From the IMG/VR virus record IMGVR_UViG_3300049144_000095, positions 96,001 through 160,000 of that record: a stretch of DNA of 64,000 bases; one strand, given 5' to 3'. Position 1 is the stretch's first letter. Each line of letters starts with the position of its first letter. This document shows positions 53,620 through 61,286 of this stretch, in pieces. This DNA comes from a virus. Taxonomy: Duplodnaviria > Caudoviricetes. The translations under genes and the position numbers were made by a program. Below the pieces are notes generated by a model. It was not told the origin of the DNA, ran no database searches, and worked only from the letters and a program-made list of their open reading frames with translations.

Positions 53620-53925
53620 GTGAGGATCACCGGCGTCAGCCAGGACGGACGGAAATGGATCAACCGGCGCATCACCTTCCGGCTGTGCGGAGGTGACTTC
53701 GCGAACGTCCTCTGCCTCGTCTACCGGGAGCACGACCTGGAGGAAGACGGTCCCCTCCCGGACCTCAGCAAGGCCAAGATCCTCGAACTCGTGGACGACG
53801 TCCTGCTGGAGCGAGCAGACAAGCGGAACTGGTGGAGCGACGACGTGGACGACGACGACTTTCGTGACGCCCTGTGGGAGTGGGCGGACGAACTGATCCG
53901 CCGCAGATTCCCCGAGTTCTACTGA
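53620..53925 (+). CDS. acidic hypothetical protein (paralog of 35854-36234)
   Basis: GGAAGGGGAGG upstream. Confidence 0.8.
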   Translation: MRITGVSQDGRKWINRRITFRLCGGDFANVLCLVYREHDLEEDGPLPDLSKAKILELVDDVLLERADKRNWWSDDVDDDDFRDALWEWADELIRRRFPEFY

Positions 53926-53939
53926 CTGGAGAACGCACA

Positions 53940-54167
53940 ATGACCGACCTCGCCGCCGAACGCGACAACCTGCTCGTCCAGGCCCGCGCCAAGACGCCTG
54001 GCATCCGCATCACCGCCGAAGCGCCTGCCGACGATGCTGACGCTCTGCGCGCAGAGATCACCGCGCTGCGGGAGTTCATCAACCGCCCCACGCCCGGACT
54101 GCACACCGACACGTACGACGAGGCCACCGACCCCGACGGCCCGAGCGACGACCCCACGAACGTCTGA
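53940..54167 (+). CDS. hypothetical protein (C-rich block)
   Basis: GGAGAA upstream. Confidence 0.75.
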   Translation: MTDLAAERDNLLVQARAKTPGIRITAEAPADDADALRAEITALREFINRPTPGLHTDTYDEATDPDGPSDDPTNV

Positions 54168-54197
54168 CTCGCCCACCAACCCCAGGAGCAACCCGCC

Positions 54198-54608
54198 ATG
54201 ACCACCTGGTACGCCTGCCAGCATCACGGCAACGATATTCACACCACCGAAGGTGACGCCATCCATCGCACGTGCGCCCATGACGGCACCGTGCACTACG
54301 CCTGTGCCCCCCGTCGCGCACCGCACGGCACACCCCGACCTGCCGACTGGCCGACCTCTCTCGACTGGATCACGGAGGGGTCCACCGCATCCGTCGGCGA
54401 CGACTTCGACTTCGAGGCTGTCGCCCGCGCTGCGTACGCCGAAGCCGTGACCGCCGGGGATACCCGCGCCGCGCATGCGCTCGCCGCATGCTTGCCTCGC
54501 TCACTCACTCCTGAGGAGCAGCGTCGGGCCGTCGAAGCCGCCTGGTCCGGCGTGATCCGCAACAGCAGCTTCGGCAAGCTTCCGCCCGGCGTCACCCGCA
54601 TCCGCTGA
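54198..54608 (+). CDS. hypothetical protein (C-rich block; C.HH..H.C.H..H.C)
   Basis: AGGAGCAACCCGCC upstream. Confidence 0.8.
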   Translation: MTTWYACQHHGNDIHTTEGDAIHRTCAHDGTVHYACAPRRAPHGTPRPADWPTSLDWITEGSTASVGDDFDFEAVARAAYAEAVTAGDTRAAHALAACLPRSLTPEEQRRAVEAAWSGVIRNSSFGKLPPGVTRIR

Positions 54609-54641
54609 CCAGCCCGCCACGCGTCTTAGGAGCAACCCGCC

Positions 54642-55058
54642 ATGGCCACGCCGACCACCACCGCTCAGGATGCCGCTCGCGAGCGCCTGCGCACCACCGT
54701 CGCCGCGATCCTCGCCGATGTGTACGACCGCACCACCGACCCCGACGCCGCCGAGCAGGCCGTCATGGACGCCGCGCAGCAGTGGGGCACCGAGGGGTAC
54801 GTCATCAACGCCACGCCCGCCGAGCCCTGCCCCGGCAACGGCTACGGCAACGGCGGCACCGTCAGCCGCTGGTACGCCCCGAACGGCTGGCAGGACACCC
54901 CGCCCATCGACGCCAACGCCGACGCCGACCCCGGCTCGTACACCGTCGGCGAGCGCGTCACCTGCCCCCGCTGCTCCGCCTCCGTGGCCGTCGAGCGCGT
55001 CAAGACCACCAAGCGCGAGACCGGCACACAGTACGTCGCCTGGCTCGCCCGCCACTGA
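54642..55058 (+). CDS. hypothetical protein with zinc ribbon (C-rich block)
   Basis: AGGAGCAACCCGCC upstream; CPRC..H. Confidence 0.8.
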   Translation: MATPTTTAQDAARERLRTTVAAILADVYDRTTDPDAAEQAVMDAAQQWGTEGYVINATPAEPCPGNGYGNGGTVSRWYAPNGWQDTPPIDANADADPGSYTVGERVTCPRCSASVAVERVKTTKRETGTQYVAWLARH

Positions 55059-55079
55059 CCACTAGGAGCACCCCCCACG

Positions 55080-55343
55080 ATGGCTTACATCGAAATCGAC
55101 GAGATCGATGGCCTTTTCGACGTCGAGGAGACCTTTCATCACGGCAAGCCGATGACCGTGCTCAGCATTCTTGGCATGCCCGTGCTGTACGGGCCGCCCG
55201 GCAGGCTGGACCGGCAGTACGGGGATGAGGTGCTGGAGGAGCTGAAGCCGCACATCGCCAAGGCGCTGGCGAGGCTCCTGCTCGCCGACGGCAACCTCCC
55301 GGGCTGGCAGGCCGAGCCGGTCGACGTCGAACCTCCACACTGA
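55080..55343 (+). CDS. hypothetical protein (tandem paralog of 55480-55752)
   Basis: AGGAGCACCCC upstream; MA.IEI.EI.GLF.V. Confidence 0.8.
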   Translation: MAYIEIDEIDGLFDVEETFHHGKPMTVLSILGMPVLYGPPGRLDRQYGDEVLEELKPHIAKALARLLLADGNLPGWQAEPVDVEPPH

Positions 55344-55479
55344 CGAGACGGTTCGTGCCAAGCCCGGACATCAACCCAACATCGGAGCGTCGCATCTCTT
55401 GCCTTACCGATATGCATCCGTCACTCCGCACGCCATTCGGACCGTCTCGCCCAGCACTGACCGTAGGGAGAAGAAGCAA

Positions 55480-55752
55480 ATGGCGAAGATCGAGATCAAC
55501 GAGATCGAGGGCCTGTTCACCGTGGATGTAGCCAGGGACACCGGCGGCAACTACGTCGGCGTACTGAAGATCCTCGGTCACACAGTGCTGTACGCCCCGG
55601 AAGAGGTCGTGCTGCACCCCGGCACTGCCCACTGGAACGACGTCACCAGTGGGGTCCTGGCTCGCTTTCTGGCGACACAGTTGATGGACAGCGGCGCCAT
55701 GGAGGGATGGGACTTCACGTCGCCCACCGGGCGAGAGGTGAGCGGGGACTAA
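55480..55752 (+). CDS. hypothetical protein (tandem paralog of 55080-55343)
   Basis: AGGGAGAAGAAG upstream. Confidence 0.8.
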   Translation: MAKIEINEIEGLFTVDVARDTGGNYVGVLKILGHTVLYAPEEVVLHPGTAHWNDVTSGVLARFLATQLMDSGAMEGWDFTSPTGREVSGD

Positions 55753-55872
55753 CGGCCCATCGATTGGGATGGCTCCACGCCCGACCTGAATGTCCGCCAG
55801 AATGACCCCGGCGTTCCGATCCGGTACCGGAGCGCCGCATCCTTCACTCAACTCCCAAGGAGGGTCCCTGTC

Positions 55873-56220
55873 GTGGGACTGAACTCTCGCGTTGCCCAGA
55901 TCGTCTGGGGCCTGGTTCCGCTCGTTCTCGCCGGTTCCATTCTGGAGCTGCCGTTCATCTGGCGGGCGCTCAAGACCAAGAAACGTAGCGACATCCGGCT
56001 GGCGGTCATCTTCGGTGTGGTGCAGCTCGGCGTCTGGCTGCTCTACGTCATCTTCACGCAGGACTCCAGCACCCTGCGCGAGGACGTCCCGGCCGCCCTC
56101 ATCTGGATCAGCGCCTTCGCCGCCGCCGTCGCCGCCGCGTACGTGTACCGGCCGCTGAACAAGGAGGAGCGCATGGACCAGGCGGCCCAGGACCGGCGCC
56201 CCGGCTCGTCGTATCTGTAG
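55873..56220 (+). CDS. membrane protein, 3 predicted TM segments
   Basis: AAGGAGG upstream; three hydrophobic stretches. Confidence 0.8.
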   Translation: MGLNSRVAQIVWGLVPLVLAGSILELPFIWRALKTKKRSDIRLAVIFGVVQLGVWLLYVIFTQDSSTLREDVPAALIWISAFAAAVAAAYVYRPLNKEERMDQAAQDRRPGSSYL

Positions 56221-56343
56221 GACCCCCGGCCAGCCAGCAGGCAGCGACGTTACACATGAGCAGCAACCACGGCAGGCCGGGTGAGGCCCTGAAGGGCACG
56301 ACCGCAGGCCACTGAACAGAATCAATCGGAAAGGAAACGCAGC

Positions 56344-56652
56344 ATGGGCAGCAACGACAGCTCCCTCGATGAGCGCTACCCCGAGCACGCCAAACAGCGC
56401 AAGGTCATCTCCCAGATGGACGCAGTCCAGTCCTTCCTCGACGCCATGCAGGAGCGGGGTCTCGAACTCGGGGAGACGGTGGTCACGCGGGTCGCCGTGT
56501 TCGAGGGCACCGAGGAGTGCACCGCCGTGCAGTCGGTCAGGGGGGAGAGGCTGACACGGCTGGTCAACGAGCACTTCGGCATCGACCGCTCCAAGATCCT
56601 GGCCGAGAAGGAGCAGATGATCGCCGACATGGCGGCAGGAAGTCTCCGATGA
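56344..56652 (+). CDS. conserved phage-type hypothetical protein
   Basis: YPEH.K..FL..G..L..FGID..+..EK motif; TCGGAAAGG upstream. Confidence 0.8.
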   Translation: MGSNDSSLDERYPEHAKQRKVISQMDAVQSFLDAMQERGLELGETVVTRVAVFEGTEECTAVQSVRGERLTRLVNEHFGIDRSKILAEKEQMIADMAAGSLR

Positions 56653-56978
56653 AGCCGAGTGAACGCCTTCTGAAGATGATCCGCCAACAGCTCCCCGAGC
56701 TGGACATCCCCGAAGGCGCCCGGCTGGAGCGAGCTGCTGGGTCCTACGCCGGATGGAACCGCACATCGCTCGGAGCCTGGGTGTGGACGGCGGTAGACGC
56801 GAACGGCGTACCCCTGCACCGGAACTCCGAGGGACAGCCCCTGGCCATAGGTTCCCAGTGGACCATGACCGAGCTGGTGCGCGCAGGTTCCCTCGCGGCC
56901 AACCCATCGGGAGCGAACCCCGGAGACATCCACATCGAGCCGACAGACGAGAAGCAGCGAGAGGGGGTGGCACAGTGA
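56649..56978 (+). CDS. conserved phage-type hypothetical protein
   Basis: GAW.W..IGSQW.+.EL motif; ATGA overlap. Confidence 0.8.
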   Translation: MKPSERLLKMIRQQLPELDIPEGARLERAAGSYAGWNRTSLGAWVWTAVDANGVPLHRNSEGQPLAIGSQWTMTELVRAGSLAANPSGANPGDIHIEPTDEKQREGVAQ

Positions 56979-57259
56979 ACGGCTACACCGAGCTGGTTGT
57001 CGATGTGTCCGGCCTGTACGACGGCTACACGGCGCCCGAAGTGATCTGCCAGCGAGCGCGGGATCACTGGCTGAACGAGTTCGCGGCGGCCGAACTCAAG
57101 CTCCCGTTCGGAGAGGGCAAGCAGCAACGGCTGGACGACGGCATGTACCTCATCTACTGGTTCGTCGGCACCGACGAGTACTGGTACTACGTCACGCTCA
57201 ACATGAATCAGTACAAGGTCACGACCGAACGGAAGGGCAAGGCGCAGAAGCGCGCCTGA
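56975..57259 (+). CDS. hypothetical protein
   Basis: GTGA overlap. Confidence 0.75.
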   Translation: MNGYTELVVDVSGLYDGYTAPEVICQRARDHWLNEFAAAELKLPFGEGKQQRLDDGMYLIYWFVGTDEYWYYVTLNMNQYKVTTERKGKAQKRA

Positions 57260-57280
57260 CGGAACGGAAAGGGGAAGAAC

Positions 57281-57652
57281 ATGACCGATCAGCCATGGGT
57301 GCAGGTGTTCCCCGGCCCCGGCCTGGATCCGGGATTCCGCTGGGACATCAACGGCCGGGCCCAGTTCCGGCACAAGGGCTACTCAGTGGATGTCCTCATC
57401 CGGCAGGCCACCACCGACGATGCCGCGTATTACGTACGCGAGGAGCCCAGCATCAACGACGTGGTGATCGTCGGCACGGTCAGCCTGGACCACGTGGAGC
57501 TGTCGAACGCCGAGCACCGCGCTGACATCACGGAACCCTTTCAGATGAGCCAAGCCCTCGCCTACGTGCTCGACGCGGCCGTGGAGGACGCTCGTCGGAT
57601 GGTGGGCCGCCTGGTAGAGCGGGTGGCGGAGATCGACGCGAAGCAGAACTGA
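57281..57652 (+). CDS. hypothetical protein
   Basis: ACGGAAAGGGGAAG upstream. Confidence 0.8.
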   Translation: MTDQPWVQVFPGPGLDPGFRWDINGRAQFRHKGYSVDVLIRQATTDDAAYYVREEPSINDVVIVGTVSLDHVELSNAEHRADITEPFQMSQALAYVLDAAVEDARRMVGRLVERVAEIDAKQN

Positions 57653-57672
57653 CCCCAGGCCGAAACCGGGCA
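57649..57672 (+). repeat. truncated hammerhead 5' half; 24-nt direct repeat of 58011-58034 with 1 mismatch
   Basis: CTGACCCCAGGCCGAAACCGGGCA vs CTGACCGCAGGCCGAAACCGGGCA. Confidence 0.75.
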
Positions 57673-57708
57673 GCCAATTCAGTCTTTAGAAGGGAGGGAG
57701 TGGGACCA

Positions 57709-58014
57709 ATGGTGAGCATCAACGATCTGGATGGACCGGTGCGAACGGTCGCCGACGTCGTGCGCCAGAGGAAGATCGGCGCTCACTTCGTCGCGCACCG
57801 AGACATCGGCCTGGATCCTCAGGGCAACTTCTGGCTCCGACGCGAAGGCAAGGTGGATCTGCTTCCGGGACTGAGGAAGAAGATCGCTATTGCATGCGTC
57901 CGGGATTCGGGTCTGCGCCTGAGTTCCAGTCAGACGATCGCGACCGACAAGGTGCAACGTCTCGCCGACCCCGTGGACGACACCACTTGGATCAAGGTTC
58001 AAGGGACCTTCTGA
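57709..58014 (+). CDS. hypothetical protein (paralog of 48385-48690) flanked by hammerhead-derived direct repeats
   Basis: AGGGAGGGAG upstream. Confidence 0.75.
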   Translation: MVSINDLDGPVRTVADVVRQRKIGAHFVAHRDIGLDPQGNFWLRREGKVDLLPGLRKKIAIACVRDSGLRLSSSQTIATDKVQRLADPVDDTTWIKVQGTF

Positions 58015-58081
58015 CCGCAGGCCGAAACCGGGCATCCAGCCCGGTCGCGCAGTGAGGCTGCGCCTGACGATGGCCGTCAGC
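58011..58081 (+). ncRNA. type II hammerhead ribozyme HH2; predicted cleavage after C58046 (GUC)
   Basis: Stem II CTGAC/GTCAG + bulge CGCA + GGCC/GGCC; GAAA; stem III ACCGGGC/GCCCGGT; stem I GCGCAG/CTGCGC; core CTGACGA plus extra U. Confidence 0.9.
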
Positions 58082-58105
58082 GGAGGAACCGGAAAGGGGA
58101 AGAGC

Positions 58106-58429
58106 GTGGGAGACCAGAAGGACGTCTACCTGATCGGCGAGCAGTACTCGAACAAGGCCACAGGTCGAAAGGGCGTCGCCGTGATCCGCCCGGCAGTGCT
58201 CGAAGGGCTGTTGTCGGAGGAGCCGAAGGTCATCACGACATCCCCCTGTTGCCCCGACAAGGTCCGGCACCTGTCCTACGCCGACATCACGTCGAGCCTG
58301 GCTGCCAAGCAGGGCGGCTGGGCCATGCAGTGCAAGGAGTGCAAGTGGCACTACAAGGTCGTCGCTGAGCAGACCGGAGCCACCCGGCTCGGCCTGTACG
58401 GCGTGCGCTGGATCTCGCAGGGGTTCTGA
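58106..58429 (+). CDS. zinc-binding hypothetical protein
   Basis: CCGGAAAGGGGAAG upstream; PCC..CKEC; starts 60 nt after the HH2 cut site. Confidence 0.8.
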   Translation: MGDQKDVYLIGEQYSNKATGRKGVAVIRPAVLEGLLSEEPKVITTSPCCPDKVRHLSYADITSSLAAKQGGWAMQCKECKWHYKVVAEQTGATRLGLYGVRWISQGF

Positions 58430-58447
58430 GGAAGGGGAGACAGAGGC

Positions 58448-58801
58448 ATGGGAAGCAACCTGAGCGGCGTACAGGCTGGGACCGAGCTGCTGCTGGCAAG
58501 GAAGGGCTTCGGCAGGCGCAACCTGGACCAGGAGCCCAGGAAGGTGCAGGTGCACAAGGTCGGCACCAAGCTGGTGTACATCCAGGATGGCACCACCGCC
58601 ACCGCGTACCGGATCGAGAACGGCCGGTCCAACTCTCAGTACAACGACTACGAACTGTGGCGGCCGGAGGAGTGGGCTGCGGAGGGCAGGCGTGCCGAGC
58701 TGGAGAAGGCCCTGAACGCTCACGGTGTCGAGGTCTGGCGCAAGCAGCAGCCGATCCGCGTCCTGGAGAAGCTGCTCGCCGTCCTCGACGGAGAGCTGTA
58801 G
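58448..58801 (+). CDS. hypothetical protein (SH3-like beta barrel, V.KVG.KL)
   Basis: GGAAGGGGAG upstream. Confidence 0.8.
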   Translation: MGSNLSGVQAGTELLLARKGFGRRNLDQEPRKVQVHKVGTKLVYIQDGTTATAYRIENGRSNSQYNDYELWRPEEWAAEGRRAELEKALNAHGVEVWRKQQPIRVLEKLLAVLDGEL

Positions 58802-58920
58802 CCGAACACCCCCTGACCTGGCCTTCCAGCATGGAATTCCACCCTGGAAGACACGAGGAAGCGTCAAGAAGAGAAGTGGAAGCGCCCCGGAAGGGGGCTG
58901 GAACCGAAAAGGAAGAAGAC

Positions 58921-59334
58921 ATGGAACGGCCTGAGCCGAGGCAAGGGGACATCGTGATCGTCAACGGCCGTCGGAGCCGGATCGATGGTTTCGATAAGAA
59001 CGGAGGCGCCCGGCTCCGCAACAGCAAGTGGGTGTGCATGTCGGAGTTCATCAAGAACGCCGAGGGCGCTTGGGTGCGCGAGGCGGAGGCGATGTCCGGG
59101 GTGCCCGAGTTGGAGCGGCCCGCCAAGGGGGACGCTGCGCAGGCGTTGTCAGCAGCGGCCGAACACTTGCGACAGAGCCCTCTGCGCTACGTGACCGACG
59201 AACGGTACGCACTTCTCCTTGCTGACTCGATGCAGGCGCTCGGGAGGATCGGTTCCTACGGCGCCGAGTTCCTGGACCGGGTGGGCGGCGCCGAGATGGT
59301 GCGGCTGGCGCGTTTCATCAATGCCAACGCCTGA
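58921..59334 (+). CDS. hypothetical protein
   Basis: AAAGGAAGAAG upstream. Confidence 0.75.
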   Translation: MERPEPRQGDIVIVNGRRSRIDGFDKNGGARLRNSKWVCMSEFIKNAEGAWVREAEAMSGVPELERPAKGDAAQALSAAAEHLRQSPLRYVTDERYALLLADSMQALGRIGSYGAEFLDRVGGAEMVRLARFINANA

Positions 59335-59665
59335 CCTCGATCAGGAAGAGGGGGTCATGCCCCTCGGGCCAGACCTCCTTGCGAGGCAGGCAACTCGACT
59401 TCTCCATCCCTGTTGTTACGACCGGGGATGGGGGGAGTCCAGGGGCGCTTCTCGTGATCCGAGCATCGGAAGCGCCCCTGGACAGCGCAAGAGTCGGCGA
59501 GGGTGAGAGTATGCGAGTCACCAGGGTGGACGCAGACTTCACTGGCAACTCGCACAGCGTAACGACGTAAGCACCGTCGTCTATGCCGCCTCTACGCCGT
59601 TGTTGACGGACAAGACGGCGGTCATGTTTGATGTGGCGAACCTGCATGGGAAGGAGAGACGCGAC

Positions 59666-60760
59666 ATGGCGAACGATGAAGCCAGGAGCGCGATCGAAAA
59701 GCTGCTGGGGTTTGAGTTCGTGTCAGACCCCCGCAAGTCCAAGGTCTCGATCCCCAAGGCCCCGAAGGGGCATCCGGCGGACAGGCCCTACCCCTTTCCG
59801 GCCCGAGAGTTCACGCCGGAGATGGCCAAGGACATCCTGAAGTACCGGGTCATCCGCATGGAGGTGATGCCGAAGGCCCTCAGGCATGCCGAGATGACCG
59901 GCAACCGGCGCTTCCTGATGGCGGCACTGAAGGGATCGCGGCACGACAAGGGCTGGATCCGCCGGTTCCAGGACAACGAAATGCACCCCGGCACCACGGA
60001 CCCCGTCTGCTTCACGCGTGACGGTTTCGTCCTGGATGGCCAGCACCGCTTCGCCGCTTGCGTGCTTTCCGGCGTCCCCTTCGAGGTCCCGGTCATGGTG
60101 AACACACCCTGGGACACTTTCGCAGTGAAGGACACGGGGCGCGGCCGGACGGCCGGACAGCTCCTCGGTGAGGTCCCCTACGCGGACTACTGCGCTGCGG
60201 CGGCCAAGGTCATCCTGCCGGTGATCTTCGGGACCGAGCGGGAGCAATGGCACCTCTCGGACGCCACGAACCGGGAGATCTACGACCTGGTGCACGGCTG
60301 GCCCTACTTCCACGAGAGCGGCCCGACCGGGCAAGGCGGCTGGATGAAGGAGGTCGTCGGTGCGGCAGCCAGCCGGATCCCGCTGACCGCGCTGGCCGCT
60401 TCCACGATGATGGCGCTCGCGGCCGGGGCCGACCCGTTCCACGTGCAGAGTTTCCTGGACGGCTTGAAGCCGGGCTATTCCCAGGGCTTCCCCGACATCA
60501 GCGAGAAGGGCAAGGACCCGCGTTTCCTGCTGCGCCGCAAGTACCTCCGAGCGTCAGCCATCGGAAAGTCCATCACCGACGTGGAGCGTCGCCAGCAGGT
60601 GGGTCACGTCCGCCGGGCCATGTCCATCTGGCTGGACTACCAGGGCGGGTTCGGCATCACCGAGCTGAAGAACCTGCCCAGCGTTCCCGAACACGGCAAG
60701 CTACCCGAAGTCTGGCGGGCCGACAACGTCCGTGAGTTCCACCGAGAGAAGGTTTCCTGA
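59666..60760 (+). CDS. DGQHR-motif / ParB-Srx-like domain protein (364 aa)
   Basis: FTPEMA..+L..NRR..CFTRDG.VLDGQHRF.ACV.SG; GGAAGGAGAG upstream. Confidence 0.75.
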   Translation: MANDEARSAIEKLLGFEFVSDPRKSKVSIPKAPKGHPADRPYPFPAREFTPEMAKDILKYRVIRMEVMPKALRHAEMTGNRRFLMAALKGSRHDKGWIRRFQDNEMHPGTTDPVCFTRDGFVLDGQHRFAACVLSGVPFEVPVMVNTPWDTFAVKDTGRGRTAGQLLGEVPYADYCAAAAKVILPVIFGTEREQWHLSDATNREIYDLVHGWPYFHESGPTGQGGWMKEVVGAAASRIPLTALAASTMMALAAGADPFHVQSFLDGLKPGYSQGFPDISEKGKDPRFLLRRKYLRASAIGKSITDVERRQQVGHVRRAMSIWLDYQGGFGITELKNLPSVPEHGKLPEVWRADNVREFHREKVS

Positions 60761-61188
60761 TGGGCAAGACGGTTCCCGGCAAGGTCGAGTGGCTGCGGCC
60801 GGAGTTCCGGGGGCGCGAGGAGGAGCTGGAGACACGCGCCGACTTCGAGAGCCGGACCGGCACCACGGCCCAGTCTCTGTCCTCCCACTTCACGCGGTAC
60901 GCCAACCGCGTGCCCAGGGTCGCTGCCCGTTTCGGCAAGCAGAAGTGGTTCGTGGCTTCCGAGCTGGACGACTTCCTGACCTGGATCAGGGAGAATTCGG
61001 GCACCCGCTCAGAGACCGAGATCAAGGAGGCCGAGATTGCGCGCCTCGATATCACGCTGGAGGAAACAGAGGGGCGGATCGCCCGGCACAAGGCGGCCCT
61101 GACCAAGGCCGAGCGGGACAAGGCGCGGTTCCTCAAGCAGCGCAACCGTGCGCTGGATGATCTGAAGTTCCTGAAGCAGGGGAGCTAG
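60760..61188 (+). CDS. putative HTH (AlpA/Xis-like) protein with C-terminal coiled coil
   Basis: TGATG coupling; T.ADF..RTG..P..R.GKQKWF..ELD.FL; heptad tail. Confidence 0.65.
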   Translation: MGKTVPGKVEWLRPEFRGREEELETRADFESRTGTTAQSLSSHFTRYANRVPRVAARFGKQKWFVASELDDFLTWIRENSGTRSETEIKEAEIARLDITLEETEGRIARHKAALTKAERDKARFLKQRNRALDDLKFLKQGS

Positions 61189-61232
61189 CGCACTCCCTAC
61201 CACTTTTCAGTCGCTGCACAAGCGCGGAAACG

Positions 61233-61254
61233 GGCCCCTTCGGGGGCCTTTTTT
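61233..61254 (+). terminator. Rho-independent terminator
   Basis: GGCCCC-TTCG-GGGGCC-TTTTTT. Confidence 0.9.
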
Positions 61255-61286
61255 CGTGTTACCTTGAGAGGCAAGGAAAGGGGAAG

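Noticed and set aside
55162-56973. 603-aa minus-strand ORF (also long minus ORFs at 2116-3093, 6049-7149, 17118-18242, 39441-40460, 49588-50718)
   Set aside because: Antisense shadows of well-supported + genes in GC-rich DNA; R/P/A-rich translations and no SD
1935-58105. Regularly recurring intergenic repeats as a CRISPR array or integron attC array
   Set aside because: Repeats are short, degenerate and separated by whole genes, not 25-45 nt spacers; no cas or integrase gene, and no GTTRRRY/RYYYAAC cores seen
59357-59506. Small ORF MPLGPDLL... after AGGAAGAGGGGG
   Set aside because: Atypical codon usage within a likely promoter region; insufficient support
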